Source: Candidatus Latescibacterota bacterium (GTDB lineage Bacteria; Latescibacterota; UBA2968; UBA8231). Taken from it: a stretch of DNA of 64,000 nucleotides. Of this stretch, positions 9,299 to 19,093 are shown piece after piece. The stretch covers positions 3,200,001 to 3,264,000 of the forward strand of contig OZ244561.1 of the NCBI GenBank assembly GCA_965217585.1, given 5' to 3'. Both the position numbers and the translations under genes were made by a program. The notes beneath the pieces are model-generated. The model was not told where the DNA came from, made no database searches, and saw nothing but the letters and a program-made list of their open reading frames with translations. Within the stretch, counting starts at the first letter, position 1. Each line of letters begins with the position of its first letter.

Positions 9299-9937
9299 AT
9301 GAAATTCGATCAATTCCTCGCTATCGTGGCCGATGAGCCGGTGTTTGAAACCGGCCTGCTCTTGGCCGGGTCCGTGAACCCAAGCGATATGCGGCGACAG
9401 CTTGTGCGCTGGACCCAAGCCGGACGACTGCACCAGCTACGGCGCGGGCTCTATGCGCTGGCACCGCCCTATCGCCAAATCGTGCCCCATCCCTTCCTCG
9501 TCGCCAATCGACTGGCGCGCGGCTCGTATGTCAGCGGTCTGTCGGCGTTGGCTCATGCTGGTATGATCCCCGAGTACGTGCCGGAAGTGACCAGTGTGAC
9601 CGGTGGGCGTCCGCAGCTCCGCCAGACGCCGCTAGGTCGCTTTTCCTTTCGCCATCTCAAGACCGATCTGCTCTACGGCTATCAACAAGTGGAATTGGCG
9701 CGTGGCCAGTCGGCTTTTGTCGCCGCGCCGGAAAAGGCACTGCTCGATCTGATCTATCTACAGCCGAATGGCGATGCATTGGCCTATATCAAAGAGCTAC
9801 GCCTCGACTGGGGGAGCCTCGACCTAGCGGAACTGGATAGATTGGTTGCCATCGCCGCCCGTCCCAAATTGCTGAGAGCCGTGCGGTGCATTCGCGCACT
9901 AGCCCAAGACGCGGCGTTGGGCTACGAGCCGCTATGA
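9299..9937 (+). CDS. abiEi: Type IV TA antitoxin, AbiEi family
   Basis: LRRGLYAL, SYVSGLSAL, IPE and PEKALLDLIYL motifs. Confidence 0.88.
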   Translation: MKFDQFLAIVADEPVFETGLLLAGSVNPSDMRRQLVRWTQAGRLHQLRRGLYALAPPYRQIVPHPFLVANRLARGSYVSGLSALAHAGMIPEYVPEVTSVTGGRPQLRQTPLGRFSFRHLKTDLLYGYQQVELARGQSAFVAAPEKALLDLIYLQPNGDALAYIKELRLDWGSLDLAELDRLVAIAARPKLLRAVRCIRALAQDAALGYEPL

Positions 9938-10737
9938 AGGATCACTTGTTCCAACTCGTGCAGGCGGCCGATCCCTTGCAGGGGCGCAATATCCTGCGCG
10001 AATACTTGCAGGCCCGGATCTTGGATGCTTTACAGCGTGCGGGGGCGATGGTGCCGCTGGCGTTTCAAGGGGGAACTAGCCTGCGCTTCCTCTTTGCGCT
10101 ACCGCGCTACTCCGAAGACCTCGACTTTACCCTCGAAGGCGATCCAGCTTCCTACGATTTGCGTGCTTATTTGACAGCCATTCGCACGGAACTTACTCGC
10201 GAGGGGTACGAAGTTGGGCTCGGCTTAAACGACCAGCGATCCGTCCACCGTGCGTTCGTGCGCTTCAGGGGCCTGCTGTACGAGGCTGGTCTCTCTCCGC
10301 ATCAGAACGAAGTTCTCACCGTGCGAATCGACATCGATGCGAACCCGCCAGCCGGTGCCGTGCTGGAGACCCGGTTGGTGCGCCGGCACGTGACACTGCG
10401 GCTCCAGCATCACGACCGGGCTTCTCTACTGGCCGGCAAACTACATGCGATTCTACAGCGCCCTTATACCAAAGGGCGGGATCTGTACGACTTGATATGG
10501 TACTTGAGTGACCGGACATGGCCGGCGCCCAATCTGTCCCTGCTCAATGCGGCGTTGCAGCAGACTCAGTGGCCCGGCGAGGCATTGACGGCGCGGACTT
10601 GGCGGGAAGTGGTCGGCGGCCGGCTACGTGTTCTGGCGTGGGATCAGGTGGTGGCCGATGTGCGTCCTTTTTTGGAACGGGAGGAAGACGCGGCGCTATT
10701 GAACATGGAAACCGCGCTGCAGCTACTGGTTGGTTAA
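9934..10737 (+). CDS. abiEii: Type IV TA nucleotidyltransferase toxin, AbiEii family
   Basis: FQGGTSLR...RYSEDLDF, KLHAILQR, KGRDLYDL; ATGA overlap with abiEi. Confidence 0.92.
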   Translation: MKDHLFQLVQAADPLQGRNILREYLQARILDALQRAGAMVPLAFQGGTSLRFLFALPRYSEDLDFTLEGDPASYDLRAYLTAIRTELTREGYEVGLGLNDQRSVHRAFVRFRGLLYEAGLSPHQNEVLTVRIDIDANPPAGAVLETRLVRRHVTLRLQHHDRASLLAGKLHAILQRPYTKGRDLYDLIWYLSDRTWPAPNLSLLNAALQQTQWPGEALTARTWREVVGGRLRVLAWDQVVADVRPFLEREEDAALLNMETALQLLVG

Positions 10738-10758
10738 TCGCTCAACCCGTACGCCAAT

Positions 10759-11355
10759 TTACAATGCGCTCCGCTCCGCTCGATAGCTTTCCCGCGTATC
10801 CACATCCACGAAGATGCCCTCGTCCTCAACGGGCACATCCACGATATGGGCTGCGTTTTTTGCCAAGACCGGCCGCGCGCCCCGATCGCCAGTCAACGCG
10901 AGCAAGGCATCTCGATGGGCGCTGCCGATGGCTACCGGATGGCCGCGTCGTCCGTCGCGCACCGGCACGGCGATAGCCTCTCTACTTTTCAACGCCTCCA
11001 CGACCTTTAGCATCGTCTTCCCAGCTACCTGCGGCATATCTCCTAGGGCAAAGAGATACCCTTCCTCGCCGACTGCCGCTTCCACGCCCACTCTGATAGA
11101 GGCGGCCATCCCCTCGGCAAAATCGGGGTTGTGTACCAGCCGTACGGGATAGCGGCTCAACGCTTCCTCTACCTCTACCCGCTGATGCCCTGTCACCACG
11201 ACCACCTCGCCCAAACCCACCGCGCAGATCCGCTCCACCACGACTTGGAGGACGCATTGCTCCTGCCAAGGCAGCAGCAACTTATTGGTACCCTCCATCC
11301 TAGAGGAACGCCCCGCCGCTAGTACGATCCCGCTAAGGTCTGCGAATCTGGTCAT
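10759..11355 (-). CDS. mocA: Molybdenum cofactor cytidylyltransferase
   Basis: VLAAGRSSRM, LGDMP, GHPV, GDRGAR and DVDT motifs; next to cox genes. Confidence 0.88.
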   Translation of the reverse strand: MTRFADLSGIVLAAGRSSRMEGTNKLLLPWQEQCVLQVVVERICAVGLGEVVVVTGHQRVEVEEALSRYPVRLVHNPDFAEGMAASIRVGVEAAVGEEGYLFALGDMPQVAGKTMLKVVEALKSREAIAVPVRDGRRGHPVAIGSAHRDALLALTGDRGARPVLAKNAAHIVDVPVEDEGIFVDVDTRESYRAERSAL

Positions 11356-11389
11356 CTCAATCCGTCGCTCCGTCGCGTTGGCTGTCTAA

Positions 11390-11419
11390 TTGACAAGGAT
11401 GGGCAAAGTTTTTTAATAT
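11390..11419 (+). promoter_or_regulatory. Candidate sigma70 promoter for coxGSLM
   Basis: TTGACA-N18-TAATAT upstream of coxG. Confidence 0.5.
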
Positions 11420-11463
11420 CCACCGCGTCATCCGCTTCTGGACCTTAACAATAGCATCGGCCC

Positions 11464-11901
11464 ATGCAGCTTACAGGCTCTCATACTTTTCGCGCCCCAA
11501 GGCAAATCCTGTGGGATTTGCTCAACGACCCCGAGGTCTTGGCGCGCATCACGCCAGGCGTCGATACCTTGGAGCAGACCGGCCCCGGCCAGTACCAAGC
11601 CGTACTGCACATCAAAATGGGGCCGATTAACAGCACGTTCAACGGTGCGCTGCAAGTCGTCGATAGCAAGGAGCCGGAAAGCTATCGCCTGCTCATCAAT
11701 GTCGATGGCAAGATTGGCCAGATTGCGGCTGAGGGCCACGTCCGGCTCGCCGACCAAGATCACGAGACGACCACGGTGGCAATTGAGGGCGGCTCGCAGT
11801 TGACGGGTCGGTTGGCGAGCATGGGCCAGCGCCTGCTCTCGGGCGTGGCGCGGATGTTTACCAATCAGTTTTTTAAGGCGCTGGAACGCGAATTACCTTA
11901 A
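11464..11901 (+). CDS. coxG: CoxG (SRPBCC) subunit
   Basis: WDLLNDPEVLARITPG and GRLASMGQRLL motifs. Confidence 0.9.
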   Translation: MQLTGSHTFRAPRQILWDLLNDPEVLARITPGVDTLEQTGPGQYQAVLHIKMGPINSTFNGALQVVDSKEPESYRLLINVDGKIGQIAAEGHVRLADQDHETTTVAIEGGSQLTGRLASMGQRLLSGVARMFTNQFFKALERELP

Positions 11902-11923
11902 TTCGATTCAATAGGAGGTGGCT

Positions 11924-12388
11924 ATGTCAGTAGCAATCAAGGTCACTGTCAACGGCCAGACCCACGAGCACGAGGTGGAGCCACGCCAGATGCTCGTCAG
12001 CTATTTGCGCGAGGAGTTGGGCCTGACAGGTACCCACGTCGGCTGCGACACCAGCAACTGCGGTGCCTGCACCGCTATCGTCGATGGCCAAGCTGTCAAG
12101 GTCTGCACGATGCTTGCGGTTCAAGCCGACGGCGTGGAGATAATGACCATCGAAGGGCTTGCGGGCAACGGCGCGCTGCATCCGTTACAGGCAGCCTTCC
12201 GCGAGACCCATGGCTTGCAGTGCGGCTTTTGCACGCCCGGCATGATTATGGCCGCTTGGCAGTTGCTAGAGCGCAACGCAATGCCCAGCGACGCGGAGAT
12301 CCGCCACGCGCTCGAAGGCAACTTTTGCCGCTGCACGGGCTACGACAACATCATCAAGGCGGTCAAACTCGCCGCCGAGATCGCATAG
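11924..12388 (+). CDS. coxS: Molybdenum hydroxylase small [2Fe-2S] subunit
   Basis: [28 protein letters not shown]. Confidence 0.95.
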   Translation: MSVAIKVTVNGQTHEHEVEPRQMLVSYLREELGLTGTHVGCDTSNCGACTAIVDGQAVKVCTMLAVQADGVEIMTIEGLAGNGALHPLQAAFRETHGLQCGFCTPGMIMAAWQLLERNAMPSDAEIRHALEGNFCRCTGYDNIIKAVKLAAEIA

Positions 12389-12397
12389 GAGGCCGCT

Positions 12398-14770
12398 ATG
12401 GGAGTCATAGGACAATCCGTCAAGCGCGTCGAAGATCAGCGCTTTATCACCGGCAAGGGCCGCTACACCGATGACATTGCCCTGCCCAATTCAACCTTTG
12501 CGGCGCTCGTGCGCAGCCCGTATGCCCACGCCGCGATCAAGGGCGTCGATACGACGGCCGCAGCCTCAGCCCCTGGAGTGGTCGCTGTCTTCACGGGTGC
12601 CGACCTCGAAGCTGCGGGCGTCGGCGGCCTACCCTGCGGCTGGCAGGTGGATTTCAAAAATGGCGACACCATGAAGGAGCCGGCCCATCCGGTGCTGGCC
12701 GCAACCAAGGTGCGTCACGTCGGCGACCCAGTCGCCATCGTCTTGGCCGAGAGCCGCGAGCAAGCCACGGACGCCGCCGAATTGGTGGCCGTGGAGTACG
12801 AGGTCTTGGATGCGGTCGTCGCGGCAACCCAAGCGATAGCAGAGGGCGCGCCGCAGTTGTTCGACGAAGTGCCCAACAACACACCCTTCGACTGGGAGCT
12901 CGGCGATCAAGCGGCGACGGACGCCGCCTTGGCCAGCGCCGCGCACGTCACCACCTTGGAGTTCGATAACCAGCGGCTCATCCCCAATGCGATTGAGCCG
13001 CGCTGCGCCATTGGCGACTACGACGACGCGCGCGACCACTACACGCTCTACACCTCGTCGCAGAACCCCCACGTCATTCGCCTGCTGATGACGGCGTTTG
13101 TCCTGAACCTGCCCGAGCACAAAGTGCGCGTGGTGTCGCCGGATGTCGGCGGCGGCTTTGGCTCCAAAATTTTTCACTATGCCGAAGAAGTCCTCGTCAC
13201 GTGGTGCTCGCGCCAGATTGGCCGTCCGGTCAAGTGGACCTCCAGCCGTAGCGAGGCATTCCTCACCGACGCCCACGGCCGCGATCACCACACCAAGGTC
13301 GAGCTCGGCCTCGACGCCGACGGGAATTTCGTCGGCCTGCGGGTCAAAACCGTCGCCAATCTCGGCGCGTACCTATCGACTTTCGCGCCCTGTGTGCCCA
13401 CGTATCTCTACGGCACGCTCTTACAGGGGCTGTACACGACCCCAGCGGTCCACGTGGATGTCACCGGCGTCTTCACCAACACCACCCCCGTTGACGCCCT
13501 GCGCGGCGCGGGCCGCCCCGAGGCCACGTACGTCCTCGAGCGCACGGTTGAGCAGGCCGCCTTGGAGACGGGCCGCGACCCGGCCCAACTGCGGCGCAAA
13601 AACTTCATCCCAGCCTTTGACGGCGTCGAGCAGGAAGGCTATCAGACCCAAGTAGCCCTGCAATACGACAGCGGCAACTACGGGCCCGTGCTCGAAAAAG
13701 CCCTCGCGGCCGTTGGCTACGACGAACTGCGGGCAGAGCAAGCACAGGCCCGCGCCGCTGGCAACGGCCGCTATCTCGGCATTGGCTTTTCGACCTATAT
13801 CGAAGCCTGCGGCATTGCGCCCTCGGCCGTGGCCGGCGCATTGGGTGCGCGCGCCGGCCTCTATGAGAGCGCGGGCGTCCGCGTTCAGCCCACCGGCAAA
13901 GTGACCGTCTTCACCGGCAGTCACTCGCACGGTCAGGGCCACGAGACGACCTTCGCCCAGGTGGTGGCCGACGGGTTGGGCGTGGGGATCGAAGACGTGG
14001 ACATCATTCACGGCGACACCGAGTCCGTGCCCTTTGGCATGGGCACGTATGGCTCGCGCTCGCTGGCCGTCGGCGGCACGGCCATCGTCAAGAGCATGGA
14101 CAAGATCAAGGAGAAGGGGGCCAAGATCGCCGCCCACTTGCTCGAAGCCGCCGAGGAGGACCTCGAATTCGCCGAGGGCAGTTGGACGGTCAAGGGCACC
14201 GACCAGTCGATCTCTTTTCCGGAGGTCTCGCTAGCGGCGTACGTGCCGCACAATTTTCCCGAGGGGCTGGAGCCGGGGCTGGAGTTTACCAGCTTTTACG
14301 ATCCGGCCAATTTTACCTTTCCCTTCGGTGCCCACATAGCGGTGGTGGAAGTGGATGCCGAGACCGGCGTGGTTGCAGTGCGGCGCTACGTCGCTGTTGA
14401 CGATGTGGGCAATATCGTCAATCCCATGATCGTCGAAGGCCAAGTCCACGGCGGCATTACGCACGGCATTGGCCAAGCCCTATTCGAGGAGGCCGTGTAC
14501 GACGACAGCGGCCAGCTCATTTCTGGCTCTTATATGGACTACGTCCTGCCGCGCGCCGACGACCTGCCTTCCTTTGAAACCGACCACACTGTCACGCCCT
14601 GCCCGCACAATCCTCTCGGCGTCAAGGGTGCTGGCGAGACCGGCACGATTGGCTCGCCGCCGGCCATTGTCAATGCCGTGATCGACGCCCTGTGGCCTTT
14701 GGGCGTGCGCGATCTTGCTATGCCGCTGACGCCGCAGAAGGTGTGGCAGGCCATCCAGCAAGTCAGCTAA
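12398..14770 (+). CDS. coxL: Molybdenum hydroxylase large subunit, form II CoxL-like
   Basis: VGGGFGSK, active-site loop [23 protein letters not shown]. Confidence 0.92.
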   Translation: MGVIGQSVKRVEDQRFITGKGRYTDDIALPNSTFAALVRSPYAHAAIKGVDTTAAASAPGVVAVFTGADLEAAGVGGLPCGWQVDFKNGDTMKEPAHPVLAATKVRHVGDPVAIVLAESREQATDAAELVAVEYEVLDAVVAATQAIAEGAPQLFDEVPNNTPFDWELGDQAATDAALASAAHVTTLEFDNQRLIPNAIEPRCAIGDYDDARDHYTLYTSSQNPHVIRLLMTAFVLNLPEHKVRVVSPDVGGGFGSKIFHYAEEVLVTWCSRQIGRPVKWTSSRSEAFLTDAHGRDHHTKVELGLDADGNFVGLRVKTVANLGAYLSTFAPCVPTYLYGTLLQGLYTTPAVHVDVTGVFTNTTPVDALRGAGRPEATYVLERTVEQAALETGRDPAQLRRKNFIPAFDGVEQEGYQTQVALQYDSGNYGPVLEKALAAVGYDELRAEQAQARAAGNGRYLGIGFSTYIEACGIAPSAVAGALGARAGLYESAGVRVQPTGKVTVFTGSHSHGQGHETTFAQVVADGLGVGIEDVDIIHGDTESVPFGMGTYGSRSLAVGGTAIVKSMDKIKEKGAKIAAHLLEAAEEDLEFAEGSWTVKGTDQSISFPEVSLAAYVPHNFPEGLEPGLEFTSFYDPANFTFPFGAHIAVVEVDAETGVVAVRRYVAVDDVGNIVNPMIVEGQVHGGITHGIGQALFEEAVYDDSGQLISGSYMDYVLPRADDLPSFETDHTVTPCPHNPLGVKGAGETGTIGSPPAIVNAVIDALWPLGVRDLAMPLTPQKVWQAIQQVS

Positions 14771-14784
14771 GGAGAAGACCGACC

Positions 14785-15600
14785 ATGATACCTGTCGCGT
14801 TTGACTATCATCGTCCCTCTTCAGTAGATGAGGCGATTGAGCTCCTCTCGGACGACGCCAAGCTCTTAGCTGGCGGCCACAGCCTGTTGCCGGCCATGAA
14901 GCTGCGCCTGTCGGCACCGGGCGCGCTGATCGATATTGGTCGGCTCGCCGAGCTCAACTACATCAGAGAGGACGGCGGCACCATCGCTATTGGTGCGACC
15001 ACTACCCACCACCAAATCGAGTCCTCGGGCTTGGTGAGTGCCAATGCCTCGGCCTTGGCCCAAGCCGCCTCGGTCATCGGCGATCCCCAGGTGCGCAACA
15101 AGGGCACCATTGGCGGCTCGCTGGCCCACGCCGACCCAGCGGCTGATTACCCGGCCGCGGTTTTGGCCTTGGGGGCCGAGATTGTCGTCAAGGGACCCGA
15201 CGGCGAGCGTTCGATCCCGGCCGACGAGTTTTTCATTGATCTGTTTTTGACCGCACTCGCGCCGGACGAGATCATCACCGAAGTGCGGGTCTCGACCGCG
15301 GAAAAGTCGGCTTATGTCAAGTTTCCGCATCCGGCCTCGCGCTTTGCCGTCGTCGGCTGCGCTGTCGCCTCGGCCGGAGGCGCGGTCAAGGTCGCCTTTA
15401 CGGGCGTGGCCAATGCGGCCTTCCGCGATACCGGGGTTGAAGAGGCCCTCAGCGGCGGCTTGAGCGAGGAATCGATCGCTGCTGCCGCTGCGCGGGCGGC
15501 CGATGGACAGGATGTACTCGCCGATCACTTTGCTGGCGAAGAGTACCGCCGCCACTTGGCCAAGGTTTTTGCACGCAAGGCGCTTGCGGCTATCGCTTAA
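14785..15600 (+). CDS. coxM: Molybdenum hydroxylase FAD-binding medium subunit
   Basis: LAGGHSLLPAMKLR and VRNKGTIGGS motifs; RBS AAGGAG upstream. Confidence 0.93.
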   Translation: MIPVAFDYHRPSSVDEAIELLSDDAKLLAGGHSLLPAMKLRLSAPGALIDIGRLAELNYIREDGGTIAIGATTTHHQIESSGLVSANASALAQAASVIGDPQVRNKGTIGGSLAHADPAADYPAAVLALGAEIVVKGPDGERSIPADEFFIDLFLTALAPDEIITEVRVSTAEKSAYVKFPHPASRFAVVGCAVASAGGAVKVAFTGVANAAFRDTGVEEALSGGLSEESIAAAAARAADGQDVLADHFAGEEYRRHLAKVFARKALAAIA

Positions 15601-15620
15601 GTTCCGTCGCATCTAACAGG

Positions 15621-15660
15621 ATAGCCCCCGATGCCGGTTGAGCGTCGGGGGCTATTTCTA
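15621..15660. terminator. Intrinsic terminator after coxM
   Basis: Stem ATAGCCCCCGATGC-N7-GCGTCGGGGGCTAT followed by a T-rich tail. Confidence 0.8.
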
Positions 15661-15712
15661 TTCAGTCAGCTATGCGAAAAAATCGGTATTGGGATACCCT
15701 GTCGAATGGCAC

Positions 15713-16168
15713 CTAATTCAGCCGTTTCTTGATGGTGTTCACGCTCTTGCGAATCACTCCCGTCCGGTATTCCAGTAGACCTAATCGCCGGTTGAGGTGA
15801 TTTGTGCTATTGGTCAACTGGACAGCGAGCGCGTCCGTTTTGGTGGTCAGTTTCTTGGATCGGTTGCGTATCTCACCAATCTTGGTGTTAAGTCGCCCTA
15901 GGCGTCCGTCCATGTGAGTTAGCTTTGAACCGAGGCTGTCGGCCTTGCCCTCTAGCTTGCCCAGTTGCTTGGCGAGGCGGTCTACTTGCTGGTCGAGGCT
16001 CTCGACGTGTTTCTGCACGCCCGACACCTGCCCCGAGACCGCGGCGATTTGCTCGGTCAAAGACTCGGCGACTTGGTGCTGATAGGCTTTCATGTCGCTT
16101 GAGACTTTCCACAACAGAAGGGCCAGCGCCACAAAGCCCGCGATATTGATCCCCATTGATTTGGTCAT
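15713..16168 (-). CDS. Membrane-anchored coiled-coil hypothetical protein
   Basis: N-terminal TM segment then continuous heptads; RBS GAGGGAG. Confidence 0.7.
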   Translation of the reverse strand: MTKSMGINIAGFVALALLLWKVSSDMKAYQHQVAESLTEQIAAVSGQVSGVQKHVESLDQQVDRLAKQLGKLEGKADSLGSKLTHMDGRLGRLNTKIGEIRNRSKKLTTKTDALAVQLTNSTNHLNRRLGLLEYRTGVIRKSVNTIKKRLN

Positions 16169-16194
16169 CGTGTGTCTCCCTCAAGGCTTACTGG

Positions 16195-16263
16195 CTAACT
16201 CTCCGGGCTGCGGTTTTGCGCTAACAAACGCAGGATAGATTGCTGAAACGCGCTTAGGGGCAT
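16195..16263 (-). pseudogene. N-terminal stub (MPLSAFQQSILRLLAQNRSPES*) of a probable AbiEii-like nucleotidyltransferase toxin
   Basis: Start overlaps the end of the upstream small gene; resembles recalled N-termini of such toxins just before the GG motif. Confidence 0.55.
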
Positions 16264-16460
16264 AGGCGGGCGGCCAAGATAAATCCCTGCCGGCCTCCGT
16301 GTAGGCGCAAGCCTCGTGCGATCTCGGGTATATCTGCGACGCCTATTTCCAAATCCCGGCGTAAATACCAGAAACAGCGGGCGTAGTAATCGGCAAAGGC
16401 TTGGCGGGCGAGTTGCAGACGCTCGGTTTCGTCTAGCGTATTTTCGCGTTCTGTATGCAC
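16254..16460 (-). CDS. Small hypothetical protein, probable antitoxin partner of the stub toxin
   Basis: ARQAF..YYARCFW..RRDLEI motif; TATAAT upstream at 16477-16482; GTG start inferred. Confidence 0.6.
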   Translation of the reverse strand: MHTERENTLDETERLQLARQAFADYYARCFWYLRRDLEIGVADIPEIARGLRLHGGRQGFILAARLCP

Positions 16461-16620
16461 GGTCTGCGTTTTCGGGATTATACGCGAGAAACGGCGATTA
16501 GGTGTAGGCCTTCTACTATAATTGGATTGTACTTTGCAAGGTTCTTTCGGGCAAGGCGTCTTGACTTGTGCGACTAAAAAGGATAAGAGACAATGGAACA
16601 GCAAAAAGGAGCAAGCAGCG

Positions 16621-17943
16621 ATGTCCACGATACAGACGATGTCACAGCGTGATCTCAGAGCCGAAGCCAAGCGCTACCTGCCGGGAGGCGTCGGAGCTAC
16701 GGGACGGCACAACCCCTGCTTGGGGTATGCCCTCTACCTGCGCAATGCCGAGGGCTGCCGCATCTACGACGTCGATGGCAAGGAATACATCGATTTCAAT
16801 CTGGCCCACGGAGCCGCGTTTCTGGGCTACAACCACCCGGCAACGCGCGAGGCCATGACCGCGGCATTGGACGCGGGCATTCTCTCCGGCTACGAGACCG
16901 AGGCACATACTGACTTGGCGCGGCGGATTACCGAGATCGTTCCCTGCGCCCAGCGCGTGCGCTACGGCAATACCGGCTCAGAGGGGACGATGGTCTGTGT
17001 CCGCCTGGCCCGCGCCCGCACCGGCAAGCACAAGATTCTCAAATTCTGGGGGCACTTCCACGGCCTCTACGACTACGTCATGTTCAACTCGCACACACCG
17101 TTGACGCCAGTGCCTCCGGGCAACTACGTCGAACCGCGTGGTGAGTCTGCGGGCATGCCTCCGCAGATGGACGACCTCATCGTCGTCGTACCGTGGAAGG
17201 ACGAGGCCGCCCTGGAAAGAGCGCTGCGCGAGCACGGCGACGAGATCGGTGGCATCATCATGGAGCCGATCAATTACAACCAGGGTTGCATCGTCGCCGA
17301 CACCGAGTACATGCAGTTCGTCCGCGACCAGGCCAGTGCCCACGATATCGTCCTCATATACGACGAGGTGCTCTCGGCCTTCCGCACCGGGCCCGACTGC
17401 GCTCAGGGGTACTACGGTGTCACCCCGGATATTTGTGTTCTGGGTAAGGCGGTCGCCGCTGGTGCTCCACTCACCGTCATCGCCGGCAAAGCCGAAATCA
17501 TGGACCAAGTGGGCCCGCTTGGCGAGGTGGCTCAGAGCGGTACCTTCACCGGCAACCCGCCGGCCGTCATGACGGCGCTGGCTGCCGTCAACGAGCTTAC
17601 CAGTCCGGGGTTCTACGATCACATCTATGAAGCCGGAGGCCGGCTCTGCGACGGTCTGGTTGGACTGTTCGAGCACGCCGGCGTGCCCGCCCGGGTGCAG
17701 GGACTGGGTGCGCGCTTCGGTATCTTCTTCGGATTCACCGATCCCGTCGAGCGCTTCGACGATAGCCTCAACCGCGACCAGGAGCTAACCGGGAAATTCA
17801 TCCGCGCCTGCGCCGACAAAGGGGTCTATTTCCACGACTACGGCACGCTCGTCGCTGGCCACCACGGCGTGTCAGCCCAGCACACCTTGGACGATATCGA
17901 CGAGGCGCTTAATCGGATCGAGAGCGCGCTGCACAGTATGTAA
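16621..17943 (+). CDS. Class III PLP aminotransferase (GSA aminomutase-like)
   Basis: YDVDGKEYIDF, NTGSEG, YDEVLSAFR, PLP Lys in LGKAVAAG, SGTFTGNP. Confidence 0.9.
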   Translation: MSTIQTMSQRDLRAEAKRYLPGGVGATGRHNPCLGYALYLRNAEGCRIYDVDGKEYIDFNLAHGAAFLGYNHPATREAMTAALDAGILSGYETEAHTDLARRITEIVPCAQRVRYGNTGSEGTMVCVRLARARTGKHKILKFWGHFHGLYDYVMFNSHTPLTPVPPGNYVEPRGESAGMPPQMDDLIVVVPWKDEAALERALREHGDEIGGIIMEPINYNQGCIVADTEYMQFVRDQASAHDIVLIYDEVLSAFRTGPDCAQGYYGVTPDICVLGKAVAAGAPLTVIAGKAEIMDQVGPLGEVAQSGTFTGNPPAVMTALAAVNELTSPGFYDHIYEAGGRLCDGLVGLFEHAGVPARVQGLGARFGIFFGFTDPVERFDDSLNRDQELTGKFIRACADKGVYFHDYGTLVAGHHGVSAQHTLDDIDEALNRIESALHSM

Positions 17944-17965
17944 GCGCAACGGCGGTAGGCGATAA

Positions 17966-18127
17966 GAGGAAATTGCGGGAGAATTCCGCTTTGCGACCTT
18001 GGGTATGGATTTTTTGGGCCGCATAGTAGTGGTAGCATCCACATATCGGGGCGACGATATCCGCTTGATCTCGACCCGACCAGCCACGCCGCGTGAAAGG
18101 AAGCACTATGAGCAAGGAAGAATTTGA
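17966..18127 (+). pseudogene. brnT: 5'-truncated BrnT toxin
   Basis: ...FRFATLGMDFLGRIVVVASTYRGDDIRLISTRPATPRERKHYE; in-frame TAA immediately upstream; overlaps brnA start. Confidence 0.8.
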
Positions 18128-18368
18128 CTTCACTCAGGCCAAACAAGGAGCACTCGTTCCTGCTGCGCCTACTAAAACGCGCATCACGATACGTTTGGAC
18201 ACCGATGTGTTGAACTGGTTCAGAAACCAAGTACACGAGGCCGGCGGAGGCAATTACCAGACCTTGATCAACGAGGCATTGCGTCAATATATCCACGTTC
18301 AGGATGCTGTCCTAGAGGAAACCTTGCGCAAAGTGATCCGTGAAGAACTACAGACGCTTTCCCAATAG
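18108..18368 (+). CDS. brnA: BrnA antitoxin
   Basis: KTRITIRLDTDVLNWFR...NYQTLINEALR. Confidence 0.9.
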   Translation: MSKEEFDFTQAKQGALVPAAPTKTRITIRLDTDVLNWFRNQVHEAGGGNYQTLINEALRQYIHVQDAVLEETLRKVIREELQTLSQ

Positions 18369-18406
18369 TCTGTGCGGGTCGGTGGCGCTCGTCTTGGCCC
18401 GCGGCC

Positions 18407-19069
18407 TCAGTCCTCGGTGAGGATCCTTTGGATCATTCCTTCCAAGTCCGTCTGGCCAAAAGAGACGTCCCTGAGGACTCCCTTACGGTCGACTAGTATG
18501 GTAGACGGCGTTCCGCGCAGGGCGAACTTCTCAAACGTCTCGGCCGAATATTCCTTTGCCCTCAGATAGTCCTTCACCCTCTGTATGAGTTGTACCCTGT
18601 AGTTCTCGGGCTGCGAGTCGAAGTCGGGTATCTGGGGGTATATCACGTCCGTTATCGCTTCGTGGCTGGGCTCGCCGGACGTCCTCGTAAGGTTGTCCAT
18701 CCCGAGCGGAAACGGGATCTTGTAGGGCAGCTTGTCTCCCTCCTGCAGCTGCCCGCTCATTGCAAGTACCCTCTTGGTCTCCCCTATCACCTGGCCGGTC
18801 TCAGCTAGGAGCCTGAGGTTGTCAAGCGTGTTTTTGTCAAAGTCCTCAAAGGCGGTGGCCAGTCCCAAGACGCGCACCCCGTCGTCCTTGTACCTGTGGT
18901 ACACGCGTATCGCGTCAGGTATGGCATACATGAAGCATCCGGGACAATTGACCTGGAAGACTTCCAGCACCACGGTGTGATCCCGCTCCTGGTCGAAGTT
19001 GGTCGGGGCACCCTGCACCCAGCTTGAGACCCCAAAGTTGGGCACCATCTGTCCTACCTCTACAGCCAT
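18407..19069 (-). CDS. Thioredoxin-fold redoxin (TlpA/AhpC-TSA-like)
   Basis: FQVNCPGC (CxxC) and GTPSTILVDRKG motifs. Confidence 0.85.
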   Translation of the reverse strand: MAVEVGQMVPNFGVSSWVQGAPTNFDQERDHTVVLEVFQVNCPGCFMYAIPDAIRVYHRYKDDGVRVLGLATAFEDFDKNTLDNLRLLAETGQVIGETKRVLAMSGQLQEGDKLPYKIPFPLGMDNLTRTSGEPSHEAITDVIYPQIPDFDSQPENYRVQLIQRVKDYLRAKEYSAETFEKFALRGTPSTILVDRKGVLRDVSFGQTDLEGMIQRILTED

Positions 19070-19093
19070 GATATGTGGATTCCTTTATCCATA

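Noticed and set aside
12398-14770. Bona fide form I aerobic CO dehydrogenase
   Set aside because: Lacks the AYxCSFR copper-binding motif and has S-L-M gene order.
16621-17943. hemL assignment
   Set aside because: Lacks the GGVNSPVR signature and has no tetrapyrrole gene context.
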